NCBI GenBank assembly: GCA_964496765.1 | Contig: CAZCAP010000003.1 | Location: 36,854 to 68,853 of the forward strand | From: an uncultured archaeon | Lineage (GTDB): Archaea > Iainarchaeota > Iainarchaeia > Iainarchaeales > CSSED10-239 | Reading direction: 5' to 3' | Length of the DNA stretch: 32,000 nucleotides | In this document: positions 25,170 through 32,000 of the stretch, one piece after another | How positions within the stretch are numbered: the first letter of the stretch is position 1 | Layout of the letters: the number at the start of each line of letters is the position of its first letter | Program-made: the position numbers and the translations under genes | The notes under the pieces: model-generated | What the model saw: the letters and a program-made list of their open reading frames with translations, nothing else | Told to the model about the DNA's origin: nothing | The model's database searches: none

Positions 25170-25354
25170 AAATCTCCCTCCGATTTAAAAATTAGCTTAA
25201 TATATATCTTATTTACCAGAAATCCTTTTAAATTAATCTTTTTTAAAAAATAAAGCGTTTTTAACGATTTTCTCTATTTTTATTAAAATGTTAATAAATA
25301 TATATATTTCTATATACTAATTCTATATGGTTTAATTAACCAGAGAGTGATTAA

Positions 25355-26251
25355 ATGGTACTTCAAGATTCTATTCTTCTACAAATAAGTCAAAAGCAAA
25401 CTAACTATAATGATCTACTACTTAGAATGACCCCTAATTATAAATCCAGTGATTCAGCAAAGGCTGCGCTTTCCCGTGCTCTAAAGAACCTAATTTCCTT
25501 TGGAGAGATTGAAAAAAAAGAAGACTTATATATTTTAACAGAGAAGGGTAGGCATACCGTTGATTCAAAATTAAAAAATAAGATATTAATAGTTATTAAT
25601 GATTTATTATCCAAATCCAAAAAAACAAATTCACTTCAATACATAGACGATATTATAAAAAACATACATGTATTTATAGAAAAATCAAAAACTGATCCTT
25701 CATTAATTAAAGTTGCAAAAACAAGTTCAACTTTTTATATATCTGATCTTCACTATTTAAAAGAAGATATTGAAAAAAAAGTAACCCATTATCATCATCT
25801 TCTTGAGATCCTTGAGAAGCAAGTAAACATATTACAGGATGAAAACTTTGAAGACTTTTATTCAATTAATCTTGATGAAAAAGCATTTGCACATGTTGTA
25901 AACTTTTGTAAACTAACTAATCTAACTGATATTACAATTGATTGTGATAAGGATAGTCCAGAAACCATTCTTTTATTTGTTAAAAATAATAAGTTTACTA
26001 GAAAATCAGAGTGTGTTTTTTCAACACCACTAACCAATATGCCTGAACTTAAAAAAATACTTTTATCTAATTTTGAAAACACAATTCAAGCTAAATTTAA
26101 AATTTATTTAAATGATATATTAATTAAAACAAATTTTGGTAAGCTTTATTTCTTTGGACCCTTTAATCTTATTTCAAAGATAAAAGAAGAAATTAATAAA
26201 AAAGAAAAAAAACCAAAAATTGTTAAAAAGAAACTAGAAAAAAAGAAGTGA
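25355..26251 (+). CDS. Hypothetical protein with a probable N-terminal winged-helix domain and a poly-Lys C-terminus
   Basis: 298 aa. The N-terminus YNDLLLRMTPNYKSSDSAKAALSRALKNLISFGEIEKKEDLYILTEKG looks like a wHTH (helix-turn-helix plus wing). The rest is unrecognised. It is divergent from the histone gene. Confidence 0.4.
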   Translation: MVLQDSILLQISQKQTNYNDLLLRMTPNYKSSDSAKAALSRALKNLISFGEIEKKEDLYILTEKGRHTVDSKLKNKILIVINDLLSKSKKTNSLQYIDDIIKNIHVFIEKSKTDPSLIKVAKTSSTFYISDLHYLKEDIEKKVTHYHHLLEILEKQVNILQDENFEDFYSINLDEKAFAHVVNFCKLTNLTDITIDCDKDSPETILLFVKNNKFTRKSECVFSTPLTNMPELKKILLSNFENTIQAKFKIYLNDILIKTNFGKLYFFGPFNLISKIKEEINKKEKKPKIVKKKLEKKK

Positions 26252-26261
26252 GGTAATTTAT

Positions 26262-26924
26262 ATGTTTATTAAATATCTAGGGCATTCCTGTTTTGCTATA
26301 AATGATGAAAAAGTAAATTTACTTCTTGATCCATTTATTTCTGGAAATGCTTTATCCCTGGTTAGTCCTTTTGATTTAGCTCCTGATCTAATCCTTGTTT
26401 CCCATGATCATGGTGATCATCTAGGAGACACAGTTGCAATTGCAAAGAAGAGCAATTGTGATGTTTTATGTGTTGCTGACTTAGGTAATGAACTAGCAAT
26501 GCAGGGTTTATCTGTGATTGCAGGAAATCTAGGTGGAACAATTGATTACAAGCACATAAAAATAACCTATGTGAAGGCAGAGCACACCTCTAAGTTTGGA
26601 ACGCCTGTTGGCTTTGTTATTAAACTTTCAAATCACGTGATTTATTTTGCTGGGGACACTAATATATTTTCTGATATGCAATTAATTAAAGAACTTTATA
26701 ATCCAGATATAGTTCTACTTCCAATTGATGGGCACTATAATATGGGTCCCTATGAAGCAAGTCACGCAGTTAGATTACTTGATCCAAAGATAGTTATTCC
26801 AATGCACTATGGAACTTTTCCTCTACTCGGAGGCACTCCAGAACAATTTGTGCAAGAACTTAAAAAACAAAATCTAGATACTAAGGTGATTATTTTTAAA
26901 ATAAATGAAGAAAAAGAGTTTTAG
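26262..26924 (+). CDS. UPF0173-family metal-dependent hydrolase (metallo-beta-lactamase fold)
   Basis: MFIKYLGHSCFAI..LLLDPFISGN..LILVSHDHGDHLGD..IYFAGDTNIFSDM..LLPIDGHYNMGPYEA..IPMHYGTFP matches the family pattern along its full length. Confidence 0.8.
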   Translation: MFIKYLGHSCFAINDEKVNLLLDPFISGNALSLVSPFDLAPDLILVSHDHGDHLGDTVAIAKKSNCDVLCVADLGNELAMQGLSVIAGNLGGTIDYKHIKITYVKAEHTSKFGTPVGFVIKLSNHVIYFAGDTNIFSDMQLIKELYNPDIVLLPIDGHYNMGPYEASHAVRLLDPKIVIPMHYGTFPLLGGTPEQFVQELKKQNLDTKVIIFKINEEKEF

Positions 26925-26937
26925 AAAGGGAAATCCT

Positions 26938-27696
26938 ATGCAAATACCAACTCCAATAATAAACGTTCCAACCAAAGAACAAGAAAAGATGTTACAGCAA
27001 ACGTTTGTTAATAACTATTCTTTTGCAAGAAATGTTTTTGCAATAATGCCATTTGAACTATCTTTTGAGGACAAAATAAGATCCATTAAAGAAAATCTAA
27101 TATTCAAAAAAAAAAATTCTCTTCAATTTTCTCAATTTCAACAAAAAGGACATTCTGTTTTGATGAGTAAAGATAGAAGAGATGATGAATCCCCTATGCA
27201 ATATGAGATTAAAAATCCAAAAGGAGAAAGAATTGCTGTATTTAATTTCTTTTTAGTGTCTGAAAAAGACAATCTGTCCGTTAGAATAAATAATCATAGA
27301 GGCCTTTCAGGAAAAAAATATTTAATTCAACTAAACAATTTGAATAAAAAGATTGGTGAAGATTGGAGAGCACTTTTACTTAAAACCATAAAAAATTATT
27401 TTGAAAAAAGAAATATTAAAACAATTGCTGAAATGCCCAGAAGATTCACATCCACTTCTGCTGAATATCTAAGATACAGCAAATATTATTTTAATACAGC
27501 AGTTAATGCTGGTATTTCTTTAGAAAATATTGATTTTAGGTATGTTCCTGATAAAAATTTAAAAAATCTATTTATTGCAAAAAAGAATATTATCCATGAA
27601 GCAAACCTCAAACTAGACAAAAAAAGATTAAAGGAAGCAAAAACAAAGCACAATGAACTTAAGAAAGTGAGTGCGTTTTTAAAACGTAGACTTTGA
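26938..27696 (+). CDS. Hypothetical protein (orphan), basic coiled C-terminus
   Basis: The ORF runs 26905-27696. I prefer the ATG at 26938 (MQIPTP), which avoids a 20-nt overlap with the upstream gene. I recognise no motif. The stop lies 4 nt from the convergent tRNA-Arg. Confidence 0.45.
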   Translation: MQIPTPIINVPTKEQEKMLQQTFVNNYSFARNVFAIMPFELSFEDKIRSIKENLIFKKKNSLQFSQFQQKGHSVLMSKDRRDDESPMQYEIKNPKGERIAVFNFFLVSEKDNLSVRINNHRGLSGKKYLIQLNNLNKKIGEDWRALLLKTIKNYFEKRNIKTIAEMPRRFTSTSAEYLRYSKYYFNTAVNAGISLENIDFRYVPDKNLKNLFIAKKNIIHEANLKLDKKRLKEAKTKHNELKKVSAFLKRRL

Positions 27697-27700
27697 GGAA

Positions 27701-27775
27701 AGGGTTTGGTGGGATTTGAACCCACGACCTATTGGTCCGAAGCCAATTGCACTATCCAGGCTATGCTACAAACCC
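27701..27775 (-). tRNA. tRNA-Arg (anticodon TCG)
   Basis: The reverse complement gives a 75-nt cloverleaf. Acceptor GGGTTTG/CAAACCC, D stem GCAT/GTGC, anticodon stem ATTGG/CCAAT with loop CTTCGGA, T arm GTGGG-TTCAAAT-CCCAC, discriminator T. Confidence 0.9.
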
Positions 27776-27920
27776 ATGGAACTATTTTAACTTAGAAAAC
27801 TTAAGCTTTTTAATAGGATTGTTTCCTATATATATAATAGATTTGTTGTATTTTATTAGTATCTATTTAACAAATTAAATGAAAATTTATACTTGAATTT
27901 AAAACTAGAGGTGTACCATC

Positions 27921-28076
27921 ATGGAATCATGTACCAGTTGTAATAGAGAAGTCAGAGAGGACTATACCACATTAAAATGTCCTGCCTGCGGTAAAGCAAA
28001 AATACTAAGATGTGATAGATGTAAGTCTATTTCTAAGTTATATAAATGTCCAGAATGTGGTTTTGTTGGACCTTAG
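27921..28076 (+). CDS. Small double zinc-ribbon protein (COG2888-type, translation-associated)
   Basis: Below the ORF-track cutoff. My translation is MESCTSCNREVREDYTTLKCPACGKAKILRCDRCKSISKLYKCPECGFVGP, with four CxxC pairs. A GAGGTG Shine-Dalgarno motif lies upstream. It sits immediately upstream of aEF-1beta, the usual neighbourhood for this family. Confidence 0.6.
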   Translation: MESCTSCNREVREDYTTLKCPACGKAKILRCDRCKSISKLYKCPECGFVGP

Positions 28077-28122
28077 ATAAAAAATCTATTTTATATATTT
28101 ATTTATGGGAGTTGTTTAAATT

Positions 28123-28398
28123 ATGGGTTATATAATGTCTGTATATAAAATCTATCCAGAAGATCCAGAAGACATAGAAAGAATTGTTGAATCTTTAAAA
28201 AAAGAGTTTCCTGAACCATTTAAGGTTCAAACTAATGATATAAGGATTGAACCAATAGCTTTTGGTTTGAGTTTAATTAGAGTAGGAGTTGTTTTTCCTG
28301 ATAAGATTGATGGTTTACTTGATAAGCTTGAAGAAATCTTGAAAGAAATCCCTGGAGTAAGAGAACTTGAGGTTGAAGTTTCTACATTAATCTCATAA
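28123..28398 (+). CDS. ef1b: Translation elongation factor aEF-1 beta
   Basis: VYKIYPEDPEDIERIVESLKK..IRIEPIAFGLSLIRVGVVFPDKIDGLLDKLEEILKEIPGVRELEV matches aEF-1beta (..PiAFGLkal...). The start could be the ATG at 28135 (MSVYKIYP). Confidence 0.85.
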   Translation: MGYIMSVYKIYPEDPEDIERIVESLKKEFPEPFKVQTNDIRIEPIAFGLSLIRVGVVFPDKIDGLLDKLEEILKEIPGVRELEVEVSTLIS

Positions 28399-28477
28399 TT
28401 TCTTTTTTTTCTTTTTTTAAAAACGTTTTTAAACCCTTTTAATATATTTATAGTATCCAAAGAAAGGGTAAATTAAC

Positions 28478-28933
28478 ATGATTAAATCAAATAAAGCTCA
28501 AGGATCAGTAGAAATACTTATTGGTATTTTTTTTATAATCTTTTTTATATATATATTTAATATACTTGCAGCAAATACTGTTGAAACTCTTGAAATAAAT
28601 AAAATAAAAGAACAGGAACAGGAGATTGTATTATCCCTATCTGATTTTCTATATTCTGGAGTAAATGTGCTTGAGGAAGGATATAACATTATTGCCTATG
28701 ATGCAACCTACAGGATACCATTAATTATGGTTCCTTCTCAAAATCCAACCTGTACAGTAACCATTGATAAATTTGATATAAGTATTGTAACAGAATACAA
28801 TGATAGAAACGTAAGTTACTCAATTGCAAATATAATCCCACAGGATAGCTATAATCTAAGTTCTCCAATAGTTACAAACTGTGGAAGTGAGCTTTCCTGC
28901 ACAATTGATACTGGTAAATTGGAGTGTAGTTAA
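28478..28933 (+). CDS. Type IV pilin-like protein with class III signal peptide (1 of 4)
   Basis: MIKSNKA|QGSVEILIGIFFIIFFIYIF has a basic n-region and a small residue at -1. Q is at +1 and E at +5, followed by a ~20-aa hydrophobic helix. The polar N/T/S-rich domain carries 4 Cys. Confidence 0.65.
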   Translation: MIKSNKAQGSVEILIGIFFIIFFIYIFNILAANTVETLEINKIKEQEQEIVLSLSDFLYSGVNVLEEGYNIIAYDATYRIPLIMVPSQNPTCTVTIDKFDISIVTEYNDRNVSYSIANIIPQDSYNLSSPIVTNCGSELSCTIDTGKLECS

Positions 28934-29451
28934 TGAACTATAAATTAAAAAACAAAAAGGGTCAGGTAATGGTTCTTGATGTTATGTTTACCATAGTTCT
29001 AATAATACTTATTCTCTTTTTATTATTTCGTTGGGCAGAGGTTAAGACCTATCAGAGCATAAACGATAGGCAAACAGCAGAACTAAATTATATAAGCAAA
29101 ACAGCATTTGTTTCATTAACTGAAAATCATTCAATTAATTGTTATGCATTTGACAATGATAATAATTATCTAATTTCATCCTGCTTTGGAGGAGATTCAG
29201 TTGTTTCTAAGAATGATTTAGGAATTCCTGTAAATTATAAGTGTAACTTCAGTATAGATGGATTTGCAATAGGGACAAATGATTGTGATGATGTCTTTGT
29301 TCCAGCAAATGTAGATAATTATTTTAGTGTTGATTTTAATGTAATTACAAATACTGATAGGTATATTAAAAAAAGTATTTATCTTACAAACATTCTTGAC
29401 AAGGTAGATACATTTACTGAACATGAAGCTACTTTGGTGATTTGGAAATGA
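28933..29451 (+). CDS. Type IV pilin-like protein with class III signal peptide (2 of 4)
   Basis: MNYKLKNKKG|QVMVLDVMFTIVLIILILFLLF. The start overlaps the previous stop (TAATG). The extracellular-looking domain has 4 Cys. Confidence 0.65.
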   Translation: MNYKLKNKKGQVMVLDVMFTIVLIILILFLLFRWAEVKTYQSINDRQTAELNYISKTAFVSLTENHSINCYAFDNDNNYLISSCFGGDSVVSKNDLGIPVNYKCNFSIDGFAIGTNDCDDVFVPANVDNYFSVDFNVITNTDRYIKKSIYLTNILDKVDTFTEHEATLVIWK

Positions 29452-29747
29452 AGAAAGGATTTATTTTAACAATCTCAGCATTATATTATGTTGCTTTATT
29501 TATTTTATTTCTTTCTCTTCTTGTTTTCATGTCTTTTAGAACTACTCATTTTGGTTCAGAAACAATAGAAAGTCAAGTGAATAATTATAAGTTTATTAAT
29601 GGTGATGCATCAACTAATCCAATAACAACAGAGTATTGGTGTTCTAATTACATGTCCAACTATGATGCAAATGTAGATCTTGGATCTCAAACACCAATTA
29701 ATTATAAAAAATATTGTGTGATATATAATGGAAAAAGGATTATTTAA
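29442..29747 (+). CDS. Type IV pilin-like protein with class III signal peptide (3 of 4)
   Basis: MEMKKG|FILTISALYYVALFILFLSLLVF resembles the G|FTLxE-type prepilin junction. It overlaps the upstream gene by 10 nt and has 2 Cys. Confidence 0.6.
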   Translation: MEMKKGFILTISALYYVALFILFLSLLVFMSFRTTHFGSETIESQVNNYKFINGDASTNPITTEYWCSNYMSNYDANVDLGSQTPINYKKYCVIYNGKRII

Positions 29748-30216
29748 TTCATTGTTTATATTGATTATGCTTGTGATGTTTGTTCCAAGCATCTCCCTAA
29801 TGACAAAAACACAAAATATAATGGATGCCAAGTATCAGATTGAAGAAGTTGCTTTTTCTTCAGATTCAGTTATTGCTGATGCACTATCTGATCAAACCTA
29901 CTCCAATAGCTGTAGCTTAGATTCTGAAGCAAACTATGATTTTAAAGTAAATGGATATCTTATGTTTTTTGAGATTCAAAGAAGAAATTATTCAACAGTA
30001 AATTGTTTATATTCTAATTTTATAACTAATCTTGCTGGAAGCACCTATTCTGGATCAATAGACATTTCATGTAGTTCATTAAATGATGTAACTTCTGTTA
30101 ATATAACTAAGGTTATTTATTTTGATAAAGACATAAGCGCAACATTAGGTGCAACCTGTGATATTGTAATTATGGATAATCTTATGGCTGCAGAACAAGT
30201 GAACCTAAGCAAATAA
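29728..30216 (+). CDS. Type IV pilin-like protein with class III signal peptide (4 of 4)
   Basis: MEKG|LFNSLFILIMLVMFVPSISL. It overlaps the upstream gene by 20 nt. The S/T/N-rich domain has 4 Cys. Confidence 0.55.
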   Translation: MEKGLFNSLFILIMLVMFVPSISLMTKTQNIMDAKYQIEEVAFSSDSVIADALSDQTYSNSCSLDSEANYDFKVNGYLMFFEIQRRNYSTVNCLYSNFITNLAGSTYSGSIDISCSSLNDVTSVNITKVIYFDKDISATLGATCDIVIMDNLMAAEQVNLSK

Positions 30217-30217
30217 T

Positions 30218-31999
30218 TTATAAAGTATAATAATATTTATTTTCCTTCTTTTGTTCCTGATCTTTTTGAGATCCTGGTTTATTTGCTCTTGGTCTTTTTG
30301 TGTCAGGATCCTTTCTAAATGTTATGTTCTGTTCGCTTAGGAACTTATTAAATGAATTTTCTATTGTGTCAACCTGGTTTGCTATACCCTGGTGACCAGG
30401 AATTCCTTCAAACAATAGTACCCTATCGGATATATAATCCACAAAAAGTAGATCATGATCAACAACAAATGCACTTCTTTCTGTTTTACTAATTACACTT
30501 TTAATCACACTAGCAATTACAAGTCTTTGTTCAATATCAAGGAAGGCACTTGGTTCATCAATTAAATAAACATCACATATCTTTGATAATACGTTTGCAA
30601 TAGCAACCTTTTGAAGCTCTCCACCAGATAGTTCACTTATCTTTTGTTCCATTAGTGGTTCAAGCTCAAGTTGACTTTTAATTTCAGAATTAAAAATATC
30701 ATTATCTATGTCCTTACCCATGAACAATTCAAACACCTGTTTATCGTTATCAAAATTAATATATTGTGGTTTGTAGGCAACCTTTAATTTTGTATCTATT
30801 TTTGTGTTTTCTGGTTCTATTTCTCCTGCAATTAATTTAATGAAAGTTGTTTTTCCAATTGCATTTGCTCCCAGAATACCAATAACTTCTGAGGTTTTAA
30901 TATTTCCTGGTTTAACTTCTAAACTAAAGGATCCTAACTTCTTTTTTAATTCTGGATAGGTAAACAAAATTTCTTTTTTGATTAATGTTTCTTCCTTTAG
31001 GGATCTAAATTCAATCTCATGATCTCTAATTCTTATGTTTTCTTCCTTTAGGAATCCACCTAGAAATTCATTTATTCCTTTCTTTGTAGTCTTCTTATTT
31101 GAAGAGATACCATAGGCACCCTTGGTTCCAAACATAACTTGGACAAAATCAGAAGTGTAATCCAGTATTGCTAAGTCATGCTCAATTAGCATAATTGCAT
31201 TATCCTTGTTTGTTCTTTCGTGAAGAAGTCTTGCAATCTTGAATCTTTGTTTAATATCTAGAAAGGTTGTGTATTCATCTAGGAAATAAATGCTAGCTTT
31301 CTTAAGAAGGGTTGCAGCAATAGATACTTTTTGTAGTTCTCCACCAGATATTTCCTTTGGTCTTTTTTCAAGAATATCTTTTAAATCAAGCTCATTAATA
31401 ATTTTTTCAAGTTCATCTTTTCCTGGCGAGACAGATTCAAGTAGTTCAACTATTTTTTTATCAAAGTACTTAGGAATTTCTTCAACCTTTTGTATCTTGT
31501 AAGCAATTGTGACCTCTTTGTTTTTTAGGTCTTGAAAGTGTTTCTGAATTGCTTTCCCCCTATAGTATTCAATTACTTTATCTATATCTCCTGGTTGATT
31601 ATAGTTTCCTAGATTTGGAATTAGTGCTCCAGATAATATATTAATTGCAGTTGATTTTCCAGAACCATTTCTTCCAATAATTCCTGTAATGTATCCTTTT
31701 TCAGTAAATGGTAATGAATAGAGTCTAAATGAGTTCTTTCCAAACTGTTGGATAGGTTCACTCATTTTCACCCCTATGTTTATTATCTTTATTGCTTTGG
31801 TTGGGCACTTGTTAGGACATATTCCGCATCCAGTACAAAGGTTTTCATTAATGATTGGTGTCTTGTAAGCCTTTTCATCAATAACTATTGCATCTTCCCC
31901 CATTCGCACAGGAGGGCAGGATCTATAGCAGAGATAGTTACAGTTCTTTGGTTGGCACTTATCCTTATCTATGATTGCAATTCTTGTATATTCAGTCAT
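30218..31999 (-). CDS. abce1: ABCE1 / RNase L inhibitor-type ribosome recycling ATPase
   Basis: 593 aa. The N-terminal 2x[4Fe-4S] domain is IAIIDKDKCQPKNCNYLCYRSCPPV and CTGCGICPNKCP. Two ABC cassettes follow, each with a P-loop, signature and Walker B: GIIGRNGSGKST with ISGGELQK and IYFLDE, then GILGANAIGKTT with LSGGELQK and VYLIDEPSAFLD. The conserved C-terminus is KRPRANKPGSQKDQEQK..YYY. Confidence 0.95.
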   Translation of the reverse strand: MTEYTRIAIIDKDKCQPKNCNYLCYRSCPPVRMGEDAIVIDEKAYKTPIINENLCTGCGICPNKCPTKAIKIINIGVKMSEPIQQFGKNSFRLYSLPFTEKGYITGIIGRNGSGKSTAINILSGALIPNLGNYNQPGDIDKVIEYYRGKAIQKHFQDLKNKEVTIAYKIQKVEEIPKYFDKKIVELLESVSPGKDELEKIINELDLKDILEKRPKEISGGELQKVSIAATLLKKASIYFLDEYTTFLDIKQRFKIARLLHERTNKDNAIMLIEHDLAILDYTSDFVQVMFGTKGAYGISSNKKTTKKGINEFLGGFLKEENIRIRDHEIEFRSLKEETLIKKEILFTYPELKKKLGSFSLEVKPGNIKTSEVIGILGANAIGKTTFIKLIAGEIEPENTKIDTKLKVAYKPQYINFDNDKQVFELFMGKDIDNDIFNSEIKSQLELEPLMEQKISELSGGELQKVAIANVLSKICDVYLIDEPSAFLDIEQRLVIASVIKSVISKTERSAFVVDHDLLFVDYISDRVLLFEGIPGHQGIANQVDTIENSFNKFLSEQNITFRKDPDTKRPRANKPGSQKDQEQKKENKYYYTL

Positions 32000-32000
32000 A

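Noticed and set aside
1-32000. CRISPR arrays, transposases or integrases, toxin-antitoxin or other recognisable defence cassettes, rRNA genes
   Set aside because: Scanning both strands by eye, I found no regularly spaced direct repeats, no DDE/tyrosine/serine recombinase motifs and no rRNA-like G+C-rich segments. The window is dominated by housekeeping genes.

Overview
This is an AT-rich (about 30% GC by eye), tightly packed archaeal window. The archaeal assignment rests on an HMf-type histone, RadA, Mre11, the exosome, RNase P proteins, aEF-1beta, ABCE1 and Taw1. Small proteins, K-rich tails, overlapping genes and frequent GGTGA-type Shine-Dalgarno motifs 4-8 nt upstream of starts look like a reduced-genome DPANN-type archaeon; that placement is inference only. 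I support about 38 protein genes and 3 tRNAs: Cys-GCA, Arg-UCU and Arg-UCG. Two of the genes are small zinc-ribbon genes missing from the ORF track, and one is an edge-truncated Mre11. The core is a 13-gene co-directional array at 13.1-20.0 kb, matching the classical archaeal exosome/RNase P/proteasome superoperon: Rpp30, Pop5, PsmA, an inserted orphan, SBDS, Rrp4, Rrp41, Rrp42, L37Ae, RpoP, Brix, Pcc1 and prefoldin beta. I saw no CRISPR array, transposase, integrase, rRNA or recognisable defence system. The items most worth a second look are:
- a radical-SAM Taw1 gene 7 nt upstream of a stand-alone 293-aa [FeFe]-hydrogenase H-domain-like gene;
- four translationally coupled genes for type IV pilin-like proteins with class III signal peptides;
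- a beta-strand-rich, outer-membrane-barrel-like orphan protein;
- a 330-bp intergenic region holding four strong stem-loops;
- a tRNA 3'-half-like fragment plus an 11-nt direct repeat bracketing an AAA+ (DUF4143-type) ATPase gene;
- several surface or redox proteins, namely a transglutaminase-like protein and a multi-thioredoxin-fold DsbA-like protein.
All functional calls come from motif recognition by eye. No searches or computations were run.
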